Positions 8,685 to 19,800 of a stretch of 64,000 nt of DNA are shown one piece after another. The first letter of the stretch is position 1, and the number at the start of each line of letters is the position of its first letter. A program made the position numbers and the translations under genes. The notes beneath the pieces are model-generated. The model worked only from the letters and a program-made list of their open reading frames with translations. It did not search any database and had not been told where the DNA came from. Source of the stretch: Candidatus Moraniibacteriota bacterium (GTDB lineage Bacteria; Patescibacteriota; Minisyncoccia; Moranbacterales; UBA1568); NCBI GenBank assembly GCA_028688415.1, contig JAQTYF010000001.1:10385-74384 (forward strand). Direction: 5' to 3'.

Positions 8685-9713
8685 ATGTATAGTGTTATTC
8701 TCTGTGGTGGATCTGGGACGCGTCTGTGGCCGATGAGTCGAAAAAATCTCCCGAAACAATTTTTGAAACTCTATGGAGACAAGTCGCTCCTTCAGGAAAC
8801 GTTTGATCGTATCCATAAACTCCTCCCTGTCGAACACATATTTTTTGTAACCAACAAAGACAACGCTTCATATGTGCTCAGTCAGATACGAAAAAGGGAT
8901 CGGAAATTTTCAGAAAAAAATATTATCATAGAACCATCTGCTCGCAATACTGCACCAGCGATCGCTCTTGCGATGAAATACTTGACTGAGAAAATGAAAA
9001 TGAATGTTTCAGAGAATGTCCTCTTCCTCCCATCAGACCATTACATTGGTCAGGAAACCGCTTATATGGATATCGTGCGAAAGATAGCTGATTTGAAAGA
9101 TGATATCATCGGGACCATCGGTATCGTCCCGACCAAACCAGAAACAGGGTATGGGTATATTCGTCGAGGCAAAGAATCCCGAGGCATCTTTCCTGTTCTC
9201 GAATTCAAAGAAAAACCGGATCTAAAAACAGCTAAGAAATATCTCGCATCCGGGAAATATCTCTGGAACTCGGGTATGTATTTTTTCAACGCACGCACGT
9301 TCTTCTCAGAACTCTCGCTCTGTGCTCCTGAAATAGCAGGTTTTTTCACGGGGACATATAGAGAGATTTTGAAAAAATACAAAACTATTCCATCTGTCTC
9401 TATCGATTATGCATTATCAGAGAAGTCAGAAAAAGTAGGCGTCATCGCAGGGAATTTTGGGTGGAGTGATATTGGATCTTTCGATAGTTTGGCGGATGTC
9501 TTGGGACACAATTCTGCGATGCGACATATCGGTATTGATTCCAAGAATGTATTTACCTACAGTACTGAAAATCGGTTGATAACGACGATTGGGGTAGAGG
9601 ATCTCATCATTGTCGAAACCAAAGGAAGCATTCTCGTATGTAAGAGGGGACGAGCAGAAGATGTAAAAAAAATCGTCGAAAAATTGAAAGAAATCGAGCC
9701 TACAGAGCTGTAA
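8685..9713 (+). CDS. manC: Mannose-1-phosphate guanylyltransferase (GDP-mannose pyrophosphorylase)
   Basis: Nucleotidyltransferase N-terminus ILCGGSGTRLWPMSRKNLPKQF, size 342 aa. Operon partner of the PGI/PMI gene. Confidence 0.7.
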   Translation: MYSVILCGGSGTRLWPMSRKNLPKQFLKLYGDKSLLQETFDRIHKLLPVEHIFFVTNKDNASYVLSQIRKRDRKFSEKNIIIEPSARNTAPAIALAMKYLTEKMKMNVSENVLFLPSDHYIGQETAYMDIVRKIADLKDDIIGTIGIVPTKPETGYGYIRRGKESRGIFPVLEFKEKPDLKTAKKYLASGKYLWNSGMYFFNARTFFSELSLCAPEIAGFFTGTYREILKKYKTIPSVSIDYALSEKSEKVGVIAGNFGWSDIGSFDSLADVLGHNSAMRHIGIDSKNVFTYSTENRLITTIGVEDLIIVETKGSILVCKRGRAEDVKKIVEKLKEIEPTEL

Positions 9714-9748
9714 AATAGTTCCTCATATTGTTTTGAAGCTAATCACTA

Positions 9749-9905
9749 CCCAAAAGAATTTTTTCAGCATCCTTTCCACACTGACTGAGCAAGAGCTCTC
9801 AGATCGAAAAAAGAAGTTGTGATTGTGTAGATTGGGGACTGCTTTTTTCGTAATACTGAGAGCTCTTGTGAGAGGTGGAACGATGATGAAAAATTGGCTT
9901 TTGGG
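9749..9905 (+). mobile_element. MITE-like element, family 1 copy A (about 157 bp) with terminal inverted repeats CCCAAAAGAATTTTT / AAAAATTGGCTTTTGGG and an internal GAGCAAGAGCTCTCAG / CTGAGAGCTCTTGTGAG palindrome
   Basis: Near-identical reverse-complement copy at 26710-26871. The ends are inverted repeats of each other and are shared with family 2 (49995-50144, 62693-62843). Confidence 0.65.
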
Positions 9906-9967
9906 CGGTGAATAGAGACTTTCTCTTGTGGAGATTTGCACTTTAAAAGATGGTTTAAGTGCGCTTT

Positions 9968-9998
9968 ATTGACAAGAAGAAAAAGTTGTGCTACAATA
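9968..9998 (+). promoter_or_regulatory. Strong sigma70-like promoter TTGACA-17-(TGC)TACAAT driving tRNA-Leu
   Basis: TTATTGACAAGAAGAAAAAGTTGTGCTACAATAG, about 125 nt upstream of the tRNA. Confidence 0.5.
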
Positions 9999-10125
9999 GA
10001 GAACTGAGAAATTCGAACAAAGTGATCGAATTCTATCTTTCTTTTTGTTGTGTATAGGGGATTTTCCCGTATATGAGACCTTTTTGTCTTTGGAAGAAAA
10101 AAGAACAGAAGAAAAAAGAATAGAG

Positions 10126-10209
10126 GCCCTGGTGGCGGAATTGGTAGACGCACTAGCTTCAGGTGCTAGCGTGAGCAATCACATGGGAGTTCGAGTCTCC
10201 CCTAGGGCA
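10126..10209 (+). tRNA. tRNA-Leu (anticodon CAG), type II with long variable arm
   Basis: GCCCTGGTGGCGGAATTGGTAGACGC...CTAGCTTCAGGTGCTAG (anticodon loop TTCAGGT gives CAG)...long variable arm...GGGAGTTCGAGTCTCCCCTAGGGCA. Confidence 0.85.
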
Positions 10210-10381
10210 CAACGTAAAAAGAGAACTTCTCCTCGTGAGAAGAGCATCTTTCGTAATAATTCATTCTTGTTGATGGCTAAAAAATACCTCAACAAGAAAT
10301 AATCAATCTCAAAGATATTTTCTTTTTGGCATCTTTTTCAAAGGTGGACAAAAACAGGGTATCAGAGAAAAAGTAAACAGT

Positions 10382-12493
10382 ATGCAGACGAATAATTCGT
10401 TTCAAAAAAACAGAGACACTGGTATATCAGCTCACACGAGCCATACCAATGGTGTTCTCGGAGGAGGAGAAAAACCTCCTGTCGCAGGTGCGTTCGAGGG
10501 TATCGTCGCACATGCCCAGGCGCCACGTGCGACACAGAATAAATCATACGGACATGTCGCGTCCAAGCAGACTTCATTCGTGAAGCCTCTTTCGTTGTCG
10601 ACACAAAAGTCAGGTACCTCTGTCTCTAAAGGACAGTCAGCCTCAAATAAGTCGAGCCTAGGCGGTCCAGCTTCGAATAAACCAAGTCTGAACAGGCAAC
10701 CGATGAAAAAATCTGGAGTGCCAGGGAAAAAGAGTGGTCAGAAAAACAATCGTCGTTTTCCGATGCCAATGAAGAGTCGACTCGAATCGACGCACAACGG
10801 TGTCTCGGTTCCTGTACTCGGTGAAAAACGTCTCCGTATCATCCCTCTTGGTGGTCAGGAAGAAGTTGGTCGCAATATGACTGTGTTCGAATACGGCAAC
10901 GATATTGTGATTGTTGATATGGGACTTCAGTTTCCAGAAGAAGATATGCCAGGTATTGACTATATCATTCCGAATGCCAATTATCTGAAGGGGAAAGAAA
11001 AAAATATCCGTGGTGTCGTATTTACCCATGGTCACCTCGATCATATTGGTGCTGCGCCACTCCTCTTGAAACAACTTGGATATCCGCCAGTCGTGTCTCG
11101 TGACTTGACTTTGGCGCTTATCAAACACAAGGTTGACGATCAAGAAAAAGGTGCTGCGAGCCGTCTCAAGATGGTACGTATCAAAACCGTTGAAGACCGT
11201 ATCAAACTCGGCGCATTCGAAGCACGTTTCTTCGATGTCGAGCATTCTATTATGGACGCTATCGGAATTGTACTTCTGACACCAGTCGGATCAGTTATTC
11301 ATATGGGTGACTGGACAATTGCCAATGATCCTCTCGAAGAAAAAGAAATTTCCTACAAACATCTCGCCAATCTGCCACGACCGACGATACTCATGCTTGA
11401 AAGTTTGGGAGCACTGAAGAAAGGACTTCCACCGTCAGAACAGGAAGTGCATCAGAATTTGAAGAACCTCATTCGTACGGTTCCTGGACGTTTGATTATT
11501 GGTACGTTTGCTTCACAGATTCGTCGTATCAGCTACCTCATCGAATATGCAGAACAGTTGGGGAAGAAAGTGGCACTTGAGGGGTACAGTATGAAAATGA
11601 ACATCGAAGTCGCCAAGGAACTCGGGTATATCAAAGTGAGAAAAGATACACTCATCACCGTCAATGATATTCATAAATACGCCGATAACCAAGTTGTCGT
11701 CATTTGTACAGGTGCGCAAGGTGAGCTCAATGCGGCTCTCTCTCGTATCGTCACTGACAATCATCGATTCATCAAACTCCAGAAGAATGACACAATCGTG
11801 TTTTCCTCCTCAGTTATTCCAGGCAACGAACGAACGATCCAACGTCTGAAAGACAACCTCTATCGCAAGTGTGATAACATCATCCACAGTGATATTATGG
11901 AAATTCACATCGGTGGTCACTCGACTGCACAGGGGATGGAGGAGATGCTCCGTCAGGTACAGCCGACGTATTTCTTGCCGGTGTATGCCAATCATTATTT
12001 CTTGAAAGAAGCTGCCAAGATCGCCTTCCGAATGGGCTTTCCAGAGAAAAATGTTTTTGTGCTCGACAACGGTGGAGTATTCGAAGTCGGTGAGAACAAT
12101 TTTTCAGCTGTTTTGAAAGAAAAAGCAGATACGAGTTACGTCTTCATCGACGGTCTCGGTGTTGGAGATATCGGACATGTTGTGCTTCGCGATCGCCAGG
12201 TGCTTGCTCAGGATGGTATGGTAGTGATTACTGCTATTATCGATTCCAAGACCAAAACTGCTGTCGGAAATATCCAGATCACTTCACGCGGATTCATCCA
12301 TGTGAAAGAAAACTTTGATCTCGTCAATGAGACGAAACGCAAAGTAGAAAAAATCATTCGAGAAAATACTTCGAAAGACGTGTCTCTTGATGCTGATCTC
12401 ATCCGAAATCAAATCCGTGATATTATCGGTCAGTTCCTCTTTACCAAGACGGAACGTCGCCCGATGGTCCTCCCAGTGGTCATCGAAGTCTAA
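10382..12493 (+). CDS. rnj: Ribonuclease J (metallo-beta-lactamase/beta-CASP RNase) with a ~130-aa low-complexity S/K/G-rich N-terminal extension
   Basis: HxHxDH motif (THGHLDHIGAAP), beta-CASP region, and RNase J-like C-terminal domain. 703 aa. Confidence 0.8.
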   Translation: MQTNNSFQKNRDTGISAHTSHTNGVLGGGEKPPVAGAFEGIVAHAQAPRATQNKSYGHVASKQTSFVKPLSLSTQKSGTSVSKGQSASNKSSLGGPASNKPSLNRQPMKKSGVPGKKSGQKNNRRFPMPMKSRLESTHNGVSVPVLGEKRLRIIPLGGQEEVGRNMTVFEYGNDIVIVDMGLQFPEEDMPGIDYIIPNANYLKGKEKNIRGVVFTHGHLDHIGAAPLLLKQLGYPPVVSRDLTLALIKHKVDDQEKGAASRLKMVRIKTVEDRIKLGAFEARFFDVEHSIMDAIGIVLLTPVGSVIHMGDWTIANDPLEEKEISYKHLANLPRPTILMLESLGALKKGLPPSEQEVHQNLKNLIRTVPGRLIIGTFASQIRRISYLIEYAEQLGKKVALEGYSMKMNIEVAKELGYIKVRKDTLITVNDIHKYADNQVVVICTGAQGELNAALSRIVTDNHRFIKLQKNDTIVFSSSVIPGNERTIQRLKDNLYRKCDNIIHSDIMEIHIGGHSTAQGMEEMLRQVQPTYFLPVYANHYFLKEAAKIAFRMGFPEKNVFVLDNGGVFEVGENNFSAVLKEKADTSYVFIDGLGVGDIGHVVLRDRQVLAQDGMVVITAIIDSKTKTAVGNIQITSRGFIHVKENFDLVNETKRKVEKIIRENTSKDVSLDADLIRNQIRDIIGQFLFTKTERRPMVLPVVIEV

Positions 12494-12569
12494 TAGAGAC
12501 AATAGGTATCAAAAAAAACTCTCCTGCCATCTGGTTGGAGAGTTTTTTTGTTTTTTCAGGCTTTCTGCT

Positions 12570-14153
12570 CTACTGTATATATTCAAACTTCTCTCGAGAA
12601 AATTGTTTTTTGAGAATCATTCTTTGTACTTTGCCTGTCGATGTCCTCGGTAATTTTTCAGGAGAGAGCGAGAGAAGGTATTTTGGTGCCTCGTATGCTC
12701 CGATGAGGGGTGTATGAGAGAGAATGTTTTTTTTGAGCTTCTTGAATGCCTGATCGGTATCGACATGTTTTTTCCAACAAATGATGGCAGCTACTTCTTC
12801 CCCGTATCGATCATCGACGACACCTATGACATAGACCTGATCGATATCTACCGATACCTTCTTTAGTCTATTTTCTACAGCAGTAGGAGAGATGTTCACG
12901 CCTCCCTTGATGATGATTTCTTTTTTCCTTCCTTTCAAAAAGAAGAACTTTTTTTTATCGATAATTTTGAAATATCCGATATCGCCCGTCAAGAAATATC
13001 CGTTTTGAAAAGCAGGTTCCTTACCTACGTATCCTCGCATAACAGCATCACCTCTTACGATCAATTCTCCCTCTTCATTTTCACCGAGATGTTCTCCTGT
13101 ATTGCTAGCAATCTGGACATCTGCCCACGGCATCGATATACCGATAGAGTTTTCTTCCACAATCTTTTTGTGGAGAGCGGAAGAGAGTGAGAGAGGGACG
13201 CCAGTCACCCGTAGCGCTGTTTCTGTCTGTCCATAACCTTGGTAAAGGGGAATATGGTATGTATCTTCGAATTCGAGGGCACTGTGCGCTATGACTGGGG
13301 CGGAACCGATCTGAATTCTATTGAGCAGGATATCGTTTTTTACGTGCATAAACTCTGATTCACGTACCAATTGATCATATACGATTGATTGAACGATTGA
13401 TGTGATGGTGGATTGTGTTTTACTTACTTGATTCCAGAAGTTTGAGCTGGAATATGTCGGAGGAATAGCAATAGATCCTCCAGAAAGGAGTATAGAGAGA
13501 CAAAATGTTGTCGAATTGATGTGATGAAGAGGAAGATTGACGAGGAAGCGATCAGTATCTCTGATATCGAACCATCGCCGAATACCATCAGCATTGACAA
13601 TCAAATTTTGTAGAGAAAGTTGCGCTCCCTTAGGATGTCCAGTCGTTCCAGAAGTAAAGAGAATGAGAGCAATGTGATCTGGATTCTTCTGTAATATTGG
13701 CAGTTCTTTCTCTGACCGATAAAGAAATCCAGAAAAGATTTCGATACGCACTCCTTCAATCGATGCCTGATCGATTGATTTTTGTATTTTTTCTTGAACG
13801 ATGAGATATTTTGATTGAGTGATGCGTATTTTGTAGGCATAGAGTTCGCCAATGTCATTTTTCGTATCGAGAGGAATGGTGATGATACCCATACTCCATG
13901 CCGACCAACTGAGTATGAGGAGATCGATCGAATTGGTAAAAGCGAGAGCAATACAATCTTTTTCTTTGAGACCAAGGGTCTGTAGATAATGGAGAGCACG
14001 CTCCATTTTTTCGAGCAGTGCTTCATACGAGAGAGTTTCGAGAAGAGACCCGTCTGATGAACAGGACATGAGGGCAATGTTGCGCGGTGATTTTTTAGCT
14101 ACTTCAGAAACGAAAAGGTAGATATTGCTGATTGGATGGAGAGGAATGTTCAT
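12570..14153 (-). CDS. AMP-dependent synthetase/ligase (acyl-CoA or acyl-ACP ligase, FAAL-like candidate starter-loading enzyme). Start taken at MNIPLHP (14153); the ORF extends to 14225.
   Basis: AMP-binding signature LFTSGTTGHPKGAQLS and adenylation-domain architecture. Divergently arranged next to the PKS-like operon. Confidence 0.8.
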   Translation of the reverse strand: MNIPLHPISNIYLFVSEVAKKSPRNIALMSCSSDGSLLETLSYEALLEKMERALHYLQTLGLKEKDCIALAFTNSIDLLILSWSAWSMGIITIPLDTKNDIGELYAYKIRITQSKYLIVQEKIQKSIDQASIEGVRIEIFSGFLYRSEKELPILQKNPDHIALILFTSGTTGHPKGAQLSLQNLIVNADGIRRWFDIRDTDRFLVNLPLHHINSTTFCLSILLSGGSIAIPPTYSSSNFWNQVSKTQSTITSIVQSIVYDQLVRESEFMHVKNDILLNRIQIGSAPVIAHSALEFEDTYHIPLYQGYGQTETALRVTGVPLSLSSALHKKIVEENSIGISMPWADVQIASNTGEHLGENEEGELIVRGDAVMRGYVGKEPAFQNGYFLTGDIGYFKIIDKKKFFFLKGRKKEIIIKGGVNISPTAVENRLKKVSVDIDQVYVIGVVDDRYGEEVAAIICWKKHVDTDQAFKKLKKNILSHTPLIGAYEAPKYLLSLSPEKLPRTSTGKVQRMILKKQFSREKFEYIQ

Positions 14154-14238
14154 ACTGAAGAAAAAAGATAGATGTGTATGAGAACAATGACATATTAAGC
14201 CTAGTATATCACAAAAAACGATCAAAGTATTTGGTGAT

Positions 14239-14264
14239 ATTTCAGTACTTTGCTATACTGAAAT
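14239..14264. promoter_or_regulatory. Inverted repeat ATTTCAGTA-N8-TACTGAAAT overlapping an extended -10 (TGCTATACT) in the divergent ligase/PKS-operon intergenic region
   Basis: 9-bp perfect arms. TATAAT also at 14265-14270. Confidence 0.35.
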
Positions 14265-14284
14265 CGTATAATTTATGAAAAAGT

Positions 14285-14662
14285 ATGAAACAAAAAATTC
14301 TTCTTGAGATTTCGACAGCGTATTTTGTTGTTCTCGCTCTTTCAGTTTCTTTTGTTCCTGAAATTTTTGGATTAGATGTCTCTGGGGATATGCTCAAAAG
14401 ATCTCTTATAGCAATTCTCTTTTTTGTAGCAGGAATTGCAACATTTTTTGTTTCAAGACGAAATGAATCATCTTCTTCAATTCACTTACTCATCTCTTTT
14501 TTTATCTTTCTTTTTACTTCTCTTTCTCTTTTTGGTCTTATAGGTATAGTGTCTGGTTATAACATTGCTCACCCGTTACTCTTTTCTGTGGACGGACTTT
14601 TTCTTGTTATTCATACATCTTTTGCTACAGCTTTTTTCTTTGTTCGTAAGCAATTGCAATAA
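14285..14662 (+). CDS. Hypothetical small integral membrane protein (125 aa)
   Basis: Three to four hydrophobic helices. First gene downstream of the divergent promoter region. Confidence 0.5.
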   Translation: MKQKILLEISTAYFVVLALSVSFVPEIFGLDVSGDMLKRSLIAILFFVAGIATFFVSRRNESSSSIHLLISFFIFLFTSLSLFGLIGIVSGYNIAHPLLFSVDGLFLVIHTSFATAFFFVRKQLQ

Positions 14663-14749
14663 TAATATTTTTCTTCTTTTTTGATACAATGACTTGATAC
14701 TCGTGTATTTATGGTACAAGACATGGTGATATAATCAGAATGATCCGAT

Positions 14750-16819
14750 ATGAAAGAGAGACCGATGTACCAACCAAATGACATCTGTATTGTGGGGAGA
14801 GGTTGTGTCTTGCCAGAAGCATCTCGTCCAGAGGAATTCTGGACAAATATCATCTCAGGTACGTGTTCTATCAGGCAGATGCCAGAGGAAAGGTTTGATA
14901 AGCGTCTTTATTTCAGTCGAGAGAGATTGGCAAAAGATAAGTCGTATTCTTCGTACGCTGGTTTCGTCGATGATGAGGACCTGAAGAAAATCAGTAAACG
15001 TCTTGGTCTCGTATTCTCTCGGAATAGGAGATTGGAGATTATGTCTCTTGAGGCCACAAGACAGGCATTCGCTTGTCTGAAGCAGAAAAGAAAAAAAATA
15101 TTAGAGAATACAACTCTCTTTATTGGCTGTATGGAAGCGAGCGATGGATTTTCGCTTGAGAATTTCTTTGCATTCAATAAAAAATTCTTGAAGCAGTATA
15201 TACAAAAAAGTAATATAAAAAGCAAGAAAAAAGCCTTTGATGCGATAGAGCAATATTTCAATCATGAAGTGGATGATGCTTTACAAATCGATGCTGTATT
15301 AACGACATCTGTTATTGATGTCTTGAAGAAAAAATTTCATTTGAAAGGGGAGGGGGTGCTTGTTGATGCGGCTTGTGCTTCATCTCTGGCAGCAATCGAG
15401 AGTGCTGTGGACGCTCTGAAGAATTATGAGACGGATATGGCCGTAACTGGAGGTATAGAAAGTAATTTACGACCCGATTCATTTGTTTTATTCAGTAAAG
15501 TCGGAGCTCTCTCTGAAAAAAGATGTCTTCCTTTTGATGAACAAACTGACGGATTGTCTCAGGGTGAAGGCGCAGTCATTTTTGTTCTTCAAAGGATGGA
15601 AGATGCTTTGCGAGATGGGAATACCATTTATGGCATCATACGATCAGTAGGAAGTGCGAGCGATGGGAATAGTTCGAGCCTCTTTTCCCCGTCTATAGAA
15701 GGGCAACTCTTGTCGTATGATCGAGCCTATCAAAGTATAGACCCACAGAGTATTGATTATATAGAGTGTCATGGTACGGGTACGAAACTTGGAGATAAGA
15801 CAGAAATCAATTCCCTAAACGCTTTTTTCAAAAAGAAAATACCTATTGGATCAGTGAAATCTCTTGTCGGTCATACCAAAGGATCTGCTGGAGCTGTTGG
15901 TCTTCTCAAATGTTTATTATTGATGGAACAAAAGATTATTCCACCTACTCGATACATTACATCATCGATGGCTCCTCAGAATGGAAATGTGTATGTAAAC
16001 AAAAGACCTCTTTCTTTACGTAAAAAATCTAAACATAAGGCCTTGCGTTGTGGAGTGTCTGCTTTTGGATTTGGTAATATCAACTATCATGTTGTTGTTG
16101 AAGAATGGAAAAAGGAAGGAAAAATAAAGTCTCAATTGATGTTGCAGGAACCAGAAACAATAGTGGTTATAGGGGAGGGAATTGCCGTATACAAAGATAT
16201 CGATTCGGATGTATTGGTCAGACAATTCAATATTCCTCCAAAGAGTATTGCCTCTATAGATAAAATTCAATTACTCGCGCTTTCTGCTGTACAGGATGCT
16301 TTCGAAAAATCTCATATAGCTATTGATTCACTCAAGAAAGAATCGGTTTCTGTTCTCTCTGCTTCTATCATCGGTTTGGAGTCTGCTCTTCATTTCTCTT
16401 ACCGTATTATAACGGCTGAGTTTGAGAAAGTATTCGATCCATCCGATGAAAATATGAAAAAGATGTTTGCAAAGTATAAAGACAGATTCCCTGAAGTCAC
16501 TGAGGATACTGGTCCAGGTATTTTAAACAACGTGATCGCAGGAAGAATATGTAACACTTTCGATTTCAAGGGAAAAAATTTCAATGTTGATGCTGATTTC
16601 AATTCTTTTGCATCAGCACTCAAGCTTGCCAAGAGGGAACTTCAGAAAAATGATGGAATAGTAATACTTGTTTTTTGTCGAGAGAAACTTGATACGGAGA
16701 GAAAATATATACTAAGAAAAGACGAGGTGTCATGTCTTTTATTGACGACGCTTCGTCGGGCAAAAGAAGAAAGCTATCCGATCCAAAAATTGATACAATC
16801 AATCCGATATGATGAATAA
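14750..16819 (+). CDS. Beta-ketoacyl synthase (type I PKS/PUFA-synthase-like KS) followed by a truncated, cysteine-less second KS-like N-terminal fragment (CLF-like)
   Basis: KS N-terminus ICIVGRGCVLPEASRPEEFW, active-site Cys in VDAACASSLAAIESA, catalytic His motifs ECHGTGTKLGD and VGHTKGSAGAVG. The C-terminal ~230 aa repeat the KS N-half pattern (IVVIGEGIAV..., GPGILNNVIAGRICNTFDFKGKNFNVDADFNSFASALKLA) with Cys replaced (DADFNS) and no His-His half. Confidence 0.85.
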   Translation: MKERPMYQPNDICIVGRGCVLPEASRPEEFWTNIISGTCSIRQMPEERFDKRLYFSRERLAKDKSYSSYAGFVDDEDLKKISKRLGLVFSRNRRLEIMSLEATRQAFACLKQKRKKILENTTLFIGCMEASDGFSLENFFAFNKKFLKQYIQKSNIKSKKKAFDAIEQYFNHEVDDALQIDAVLTTSVIDVLKKKFHLKGEGVLVDAACASSLAAIESAVDALKNYETDMAVTGGIESNLRPDSFVLFSKVGALSEKRCLPFDEQTDGLSQGEGAVIFVLQRMEDALRDGNTIYGIIRSVGSASDGNSSSLFSPSIEGQLLSYDRAYQSIDPQSIDYIECHGTGTKLGDKTEINSLNAFFKKKIPIGSVKSLVGHTKGSAGAVGLLKCLLLMEQKIIPPTRYITSSMAPQNGNVYVNKRPLSLRKKSKHKALRCGVSAFGFGNINYHVVVEEWKKEGKIKSQLMLQEPETIVVIGEGIAVYKDIDSDVLVRQFNIPPKSIASIDKIQLLALSAVQDAFEKSHIAIDSLKKESVSVLSASIIGLESALHFSYRIITAEFEKVFDPSDENMKKMFAKYKDRFPEVTEDTGPGILNNVIAGRICNTFDFKGKNFNVDADFNSFASALKLAKRELQKNDGIVILVFCREKLDTERKYILRKDEVSCLLLTTLRRAKEESYPIQKLIQSIRYDE

Positions 16820-19800
16820 AAGTCAGGGGTATTATTACGGTACATATACTGTTTCGATGAAGCCATACTCCGGAGTGGATTTTTCGAGACGATGTTTTAT
16901 TTTTGCTGGTCAAGGATCTACTTTTCCAGGTATGTTTCGTGATGAATATCTCAAATCAATCCTTATCCGTGAGAAGTTCGCGCTTGCAGATAGATTGATG
17001 AGACGATTTCATTTACCCAAGATTTCGGACTATATTATGCATCCCGAGAATTTACAGGAAAAGACATTACCAGTAGTATCCAATATTGCTTTGTTTACAT
17101 TAGAAATGGCTCTTTTTGATATGTTACGAGCATCTCAAATCATTCCAGAAAAAGTAACGGGGCATAGTTTTGGCGAATACTCAGCCCTCGTGGCTTCGGG
17201 TGTCGTATCTTTTGAGGAGATGCTTATGATTATTTATCACCGAGATATCTTTTGTCCGAAAGCGCATACGGCAGGCTTCTTGATAGCAGTGAATGCAGAT
17301 GTACGATACATCAAGGCTGTTTTGAAACATCAAAAATATTTCATTAGCAATATCAATAGTCCGAATCAGACGGTTATTGCCGTCGTTCCTGAATGCGTCG
17401 ATGAAATTGTGGATATTTTTCGAGAAAATGAAACGAAATGCAAAGTTCTGTACGGCGTACCACAGCCATATCATTCCCCGTATCTTCTGAGTTCACAGAA
17501 GAAAATTGAGGCATTTCTTCGGAAGAAGCAATTTACTTTTCGAAAACCGACTATACCATTTTTTTCTTCGGTATTGAAAAAGGAAATCAATCAGCAAAAT
17601 TTTCGAAAAAGTGATATTGAGAAGATTCTCTGCACCCAGATTACAACTCAAGTGAACTTTATCTATCAGGTACGATCAATGTATAATTTAGGATGTTTTT
17701 CTTTTTTGGAAATCGGTCCGAAAAAAATATTCTCTGTCTTTGTCGAAGATATTTTGGCAGAGAAAAAACAGTCAGTAAAAACAGAATGTATACAATCTTT
17801 TTTTCAAAAAGAACAGAAAGCGAATACGGCAGGAAAAAATGTGAAAAATGCAAAATTATTCACAATTATATGTAAAACTATTAGAGAGATAACGGGATAT
17901 GAGATAAAAAGTATTCATCCCAATGGAAGATTCCAGGAAGATTTTGGGATAGATTCTATCAAGAGAACGGACATTCTTCTGACTATTTTTCGGAGATTAA
18001 AAATATCTCTCGGTGATGATTTTAATACGTCTCATTTCAAGAGTATTGATGATGTTATCTTATACATTGAAACAATACAAAAAAAATCTTTGTCATCGAT
18101 ACAAGATACCGAGACAAAGAAGGTGCATAAAAAAAGAAAAACAGAATTCCAAAGATATGCTTTTCTTCCAGTAACAGAAGAGCTTTCTATTGCTTCTTCT
18201 CAATGTTCGAGAGACGATCGAGCTAACCTGTTTGTTTTAGACATCGAGAATATTTTTGAATCTGATAGTGTTGTTTTGAAACGATGGTTTTCTTTCGTAA
18301 GGAGGGTAGTTGATAAAAATCAGACATTTACTCTCGTGATACGAGCACAAGATATACAGTGGGAGTATAAAAAAATGTTGTCCCTCTTTCAATTCTTCCG
18401 AGGTTTTTTACAGCCAATCAAACAGAGTACATTTTGTTGTTTGTGCCTTTCATTTGGATCGGAACAGAGTATTGCCGTTTCCAGTCTTGCATCTTTCCTG
18501 AAATCTCTCAAAAGAGAATTTTCAGGAATGTTCTTTCGATATGTTCATAGTGATGCAGTGAAAGATTTTAAGGAGTTTCTTCCCGAGAAAGAGGGAATGA
18601 ATGGAGATGACATTGTATATACACGAGGGAAGAGATATCGCATGCAACCAGTTTTGATACAAAATAATCCAATTATCCCTTTCAAAAAAGATGCTGTCAT
18701 AATAGTGATCGGAGGAGCGAGCGGAATTACTTTTTCTCTCATAAAGCATATCGCAAAAGAGGAAAAGCCGATTTTCTACGTGATCGGTCGTAGGAATGAA
18801 CAAGAAAAGATCATACGCGAACATATACGTATACTCAAAAAATATACGCCACATGTTTTTTATGTTTCATTGGACGCTCGTGACAAAGTTGCTCTGGAGA
18901 AGGTGTGGAAACGTGTTATGCGAGAACAGAAACGAATTGATTATGTAATCAATGGTGCAGGTACAGTCGATATTGATTTTTTTGACCAGAAAACAGAGCT
19001 TTCAATAGAGTCCGAATTTTGTAATAAAGTGGTACCGACATTGAATGTTTTGCAATTGGCTCTGAAATATCATCCAAAAAGAGTTATCAATTTTGCATCA
19101 ATCATCTCGCGGTATGGGAGTGCTGGTCAAAGTATCTATACCGCAGCCAATGCATGGGTGAGTGAGATGACTCAGAAATACGGTAAAGAATTAGAGAAAT
19201 ATGGTTCGGTGGCAACGGCTATTCATTGGCCAGCTTGGGAGAATACGGGTATGACAGCAGAAAAAAGCGTTTCTCAGAAATTGGATGAATACGAAGTGTC
19301 ATTGCTTGATCCAGATGATGCGAATCGATTGTTTGCCCTTGATCTCTCATTGCAGAAGAGTGGACCAGTCTATTATTTGGATGCATCGGATGATAGCGCC
19401 TTATCCTTTCCTTCTAATAATTTCATAAAATACGCACCGATTCTTGGCTCACCCTCTGACTTGTCTTCACTGACTTTTTCTCAGAATATTTTCAGGAAAA
19501 GTTTTCATACGACGAGCGATAAGTGGCTCAGAGATCATAAAATACAGGGAGCAATGTATGTTCCTTTGGCAATTGGCATAGGAATGTTTCTGTGTTTGGG
19601 AAAAATGTATTGGAAGAAAGTTCCTCTATTGAAAAATATTTCTGCACAGAATCCTCTTATAGTAAGAAAGGCTGTGGTGGAATGTACACTCGAACGGAAG
19701 AATGTTGATAATAAGAATACTCTTTCTTTGAAATCAGATGTATCTTATTTTTCCGCCGAAGAAATCAAGGAGGAAAAAGAAGAACAAAAGTTATTTTGTA

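Noticed and set aside
9723-10178. Minus-strand ORFs 9723..9941, 9764..10153, 9966..10178
   Set aside because: They span the MITE copy, a strong promoter and tRNA-Leu. The sequence is better explained as non-coding.
10658-12502. Minus-strand ORFs inside RNase J (10658..11245, 11513..11764, 11810..11995, 12208..12402, 12284..12502)
   Set aside because: They are antisense to a confidently identified gene.
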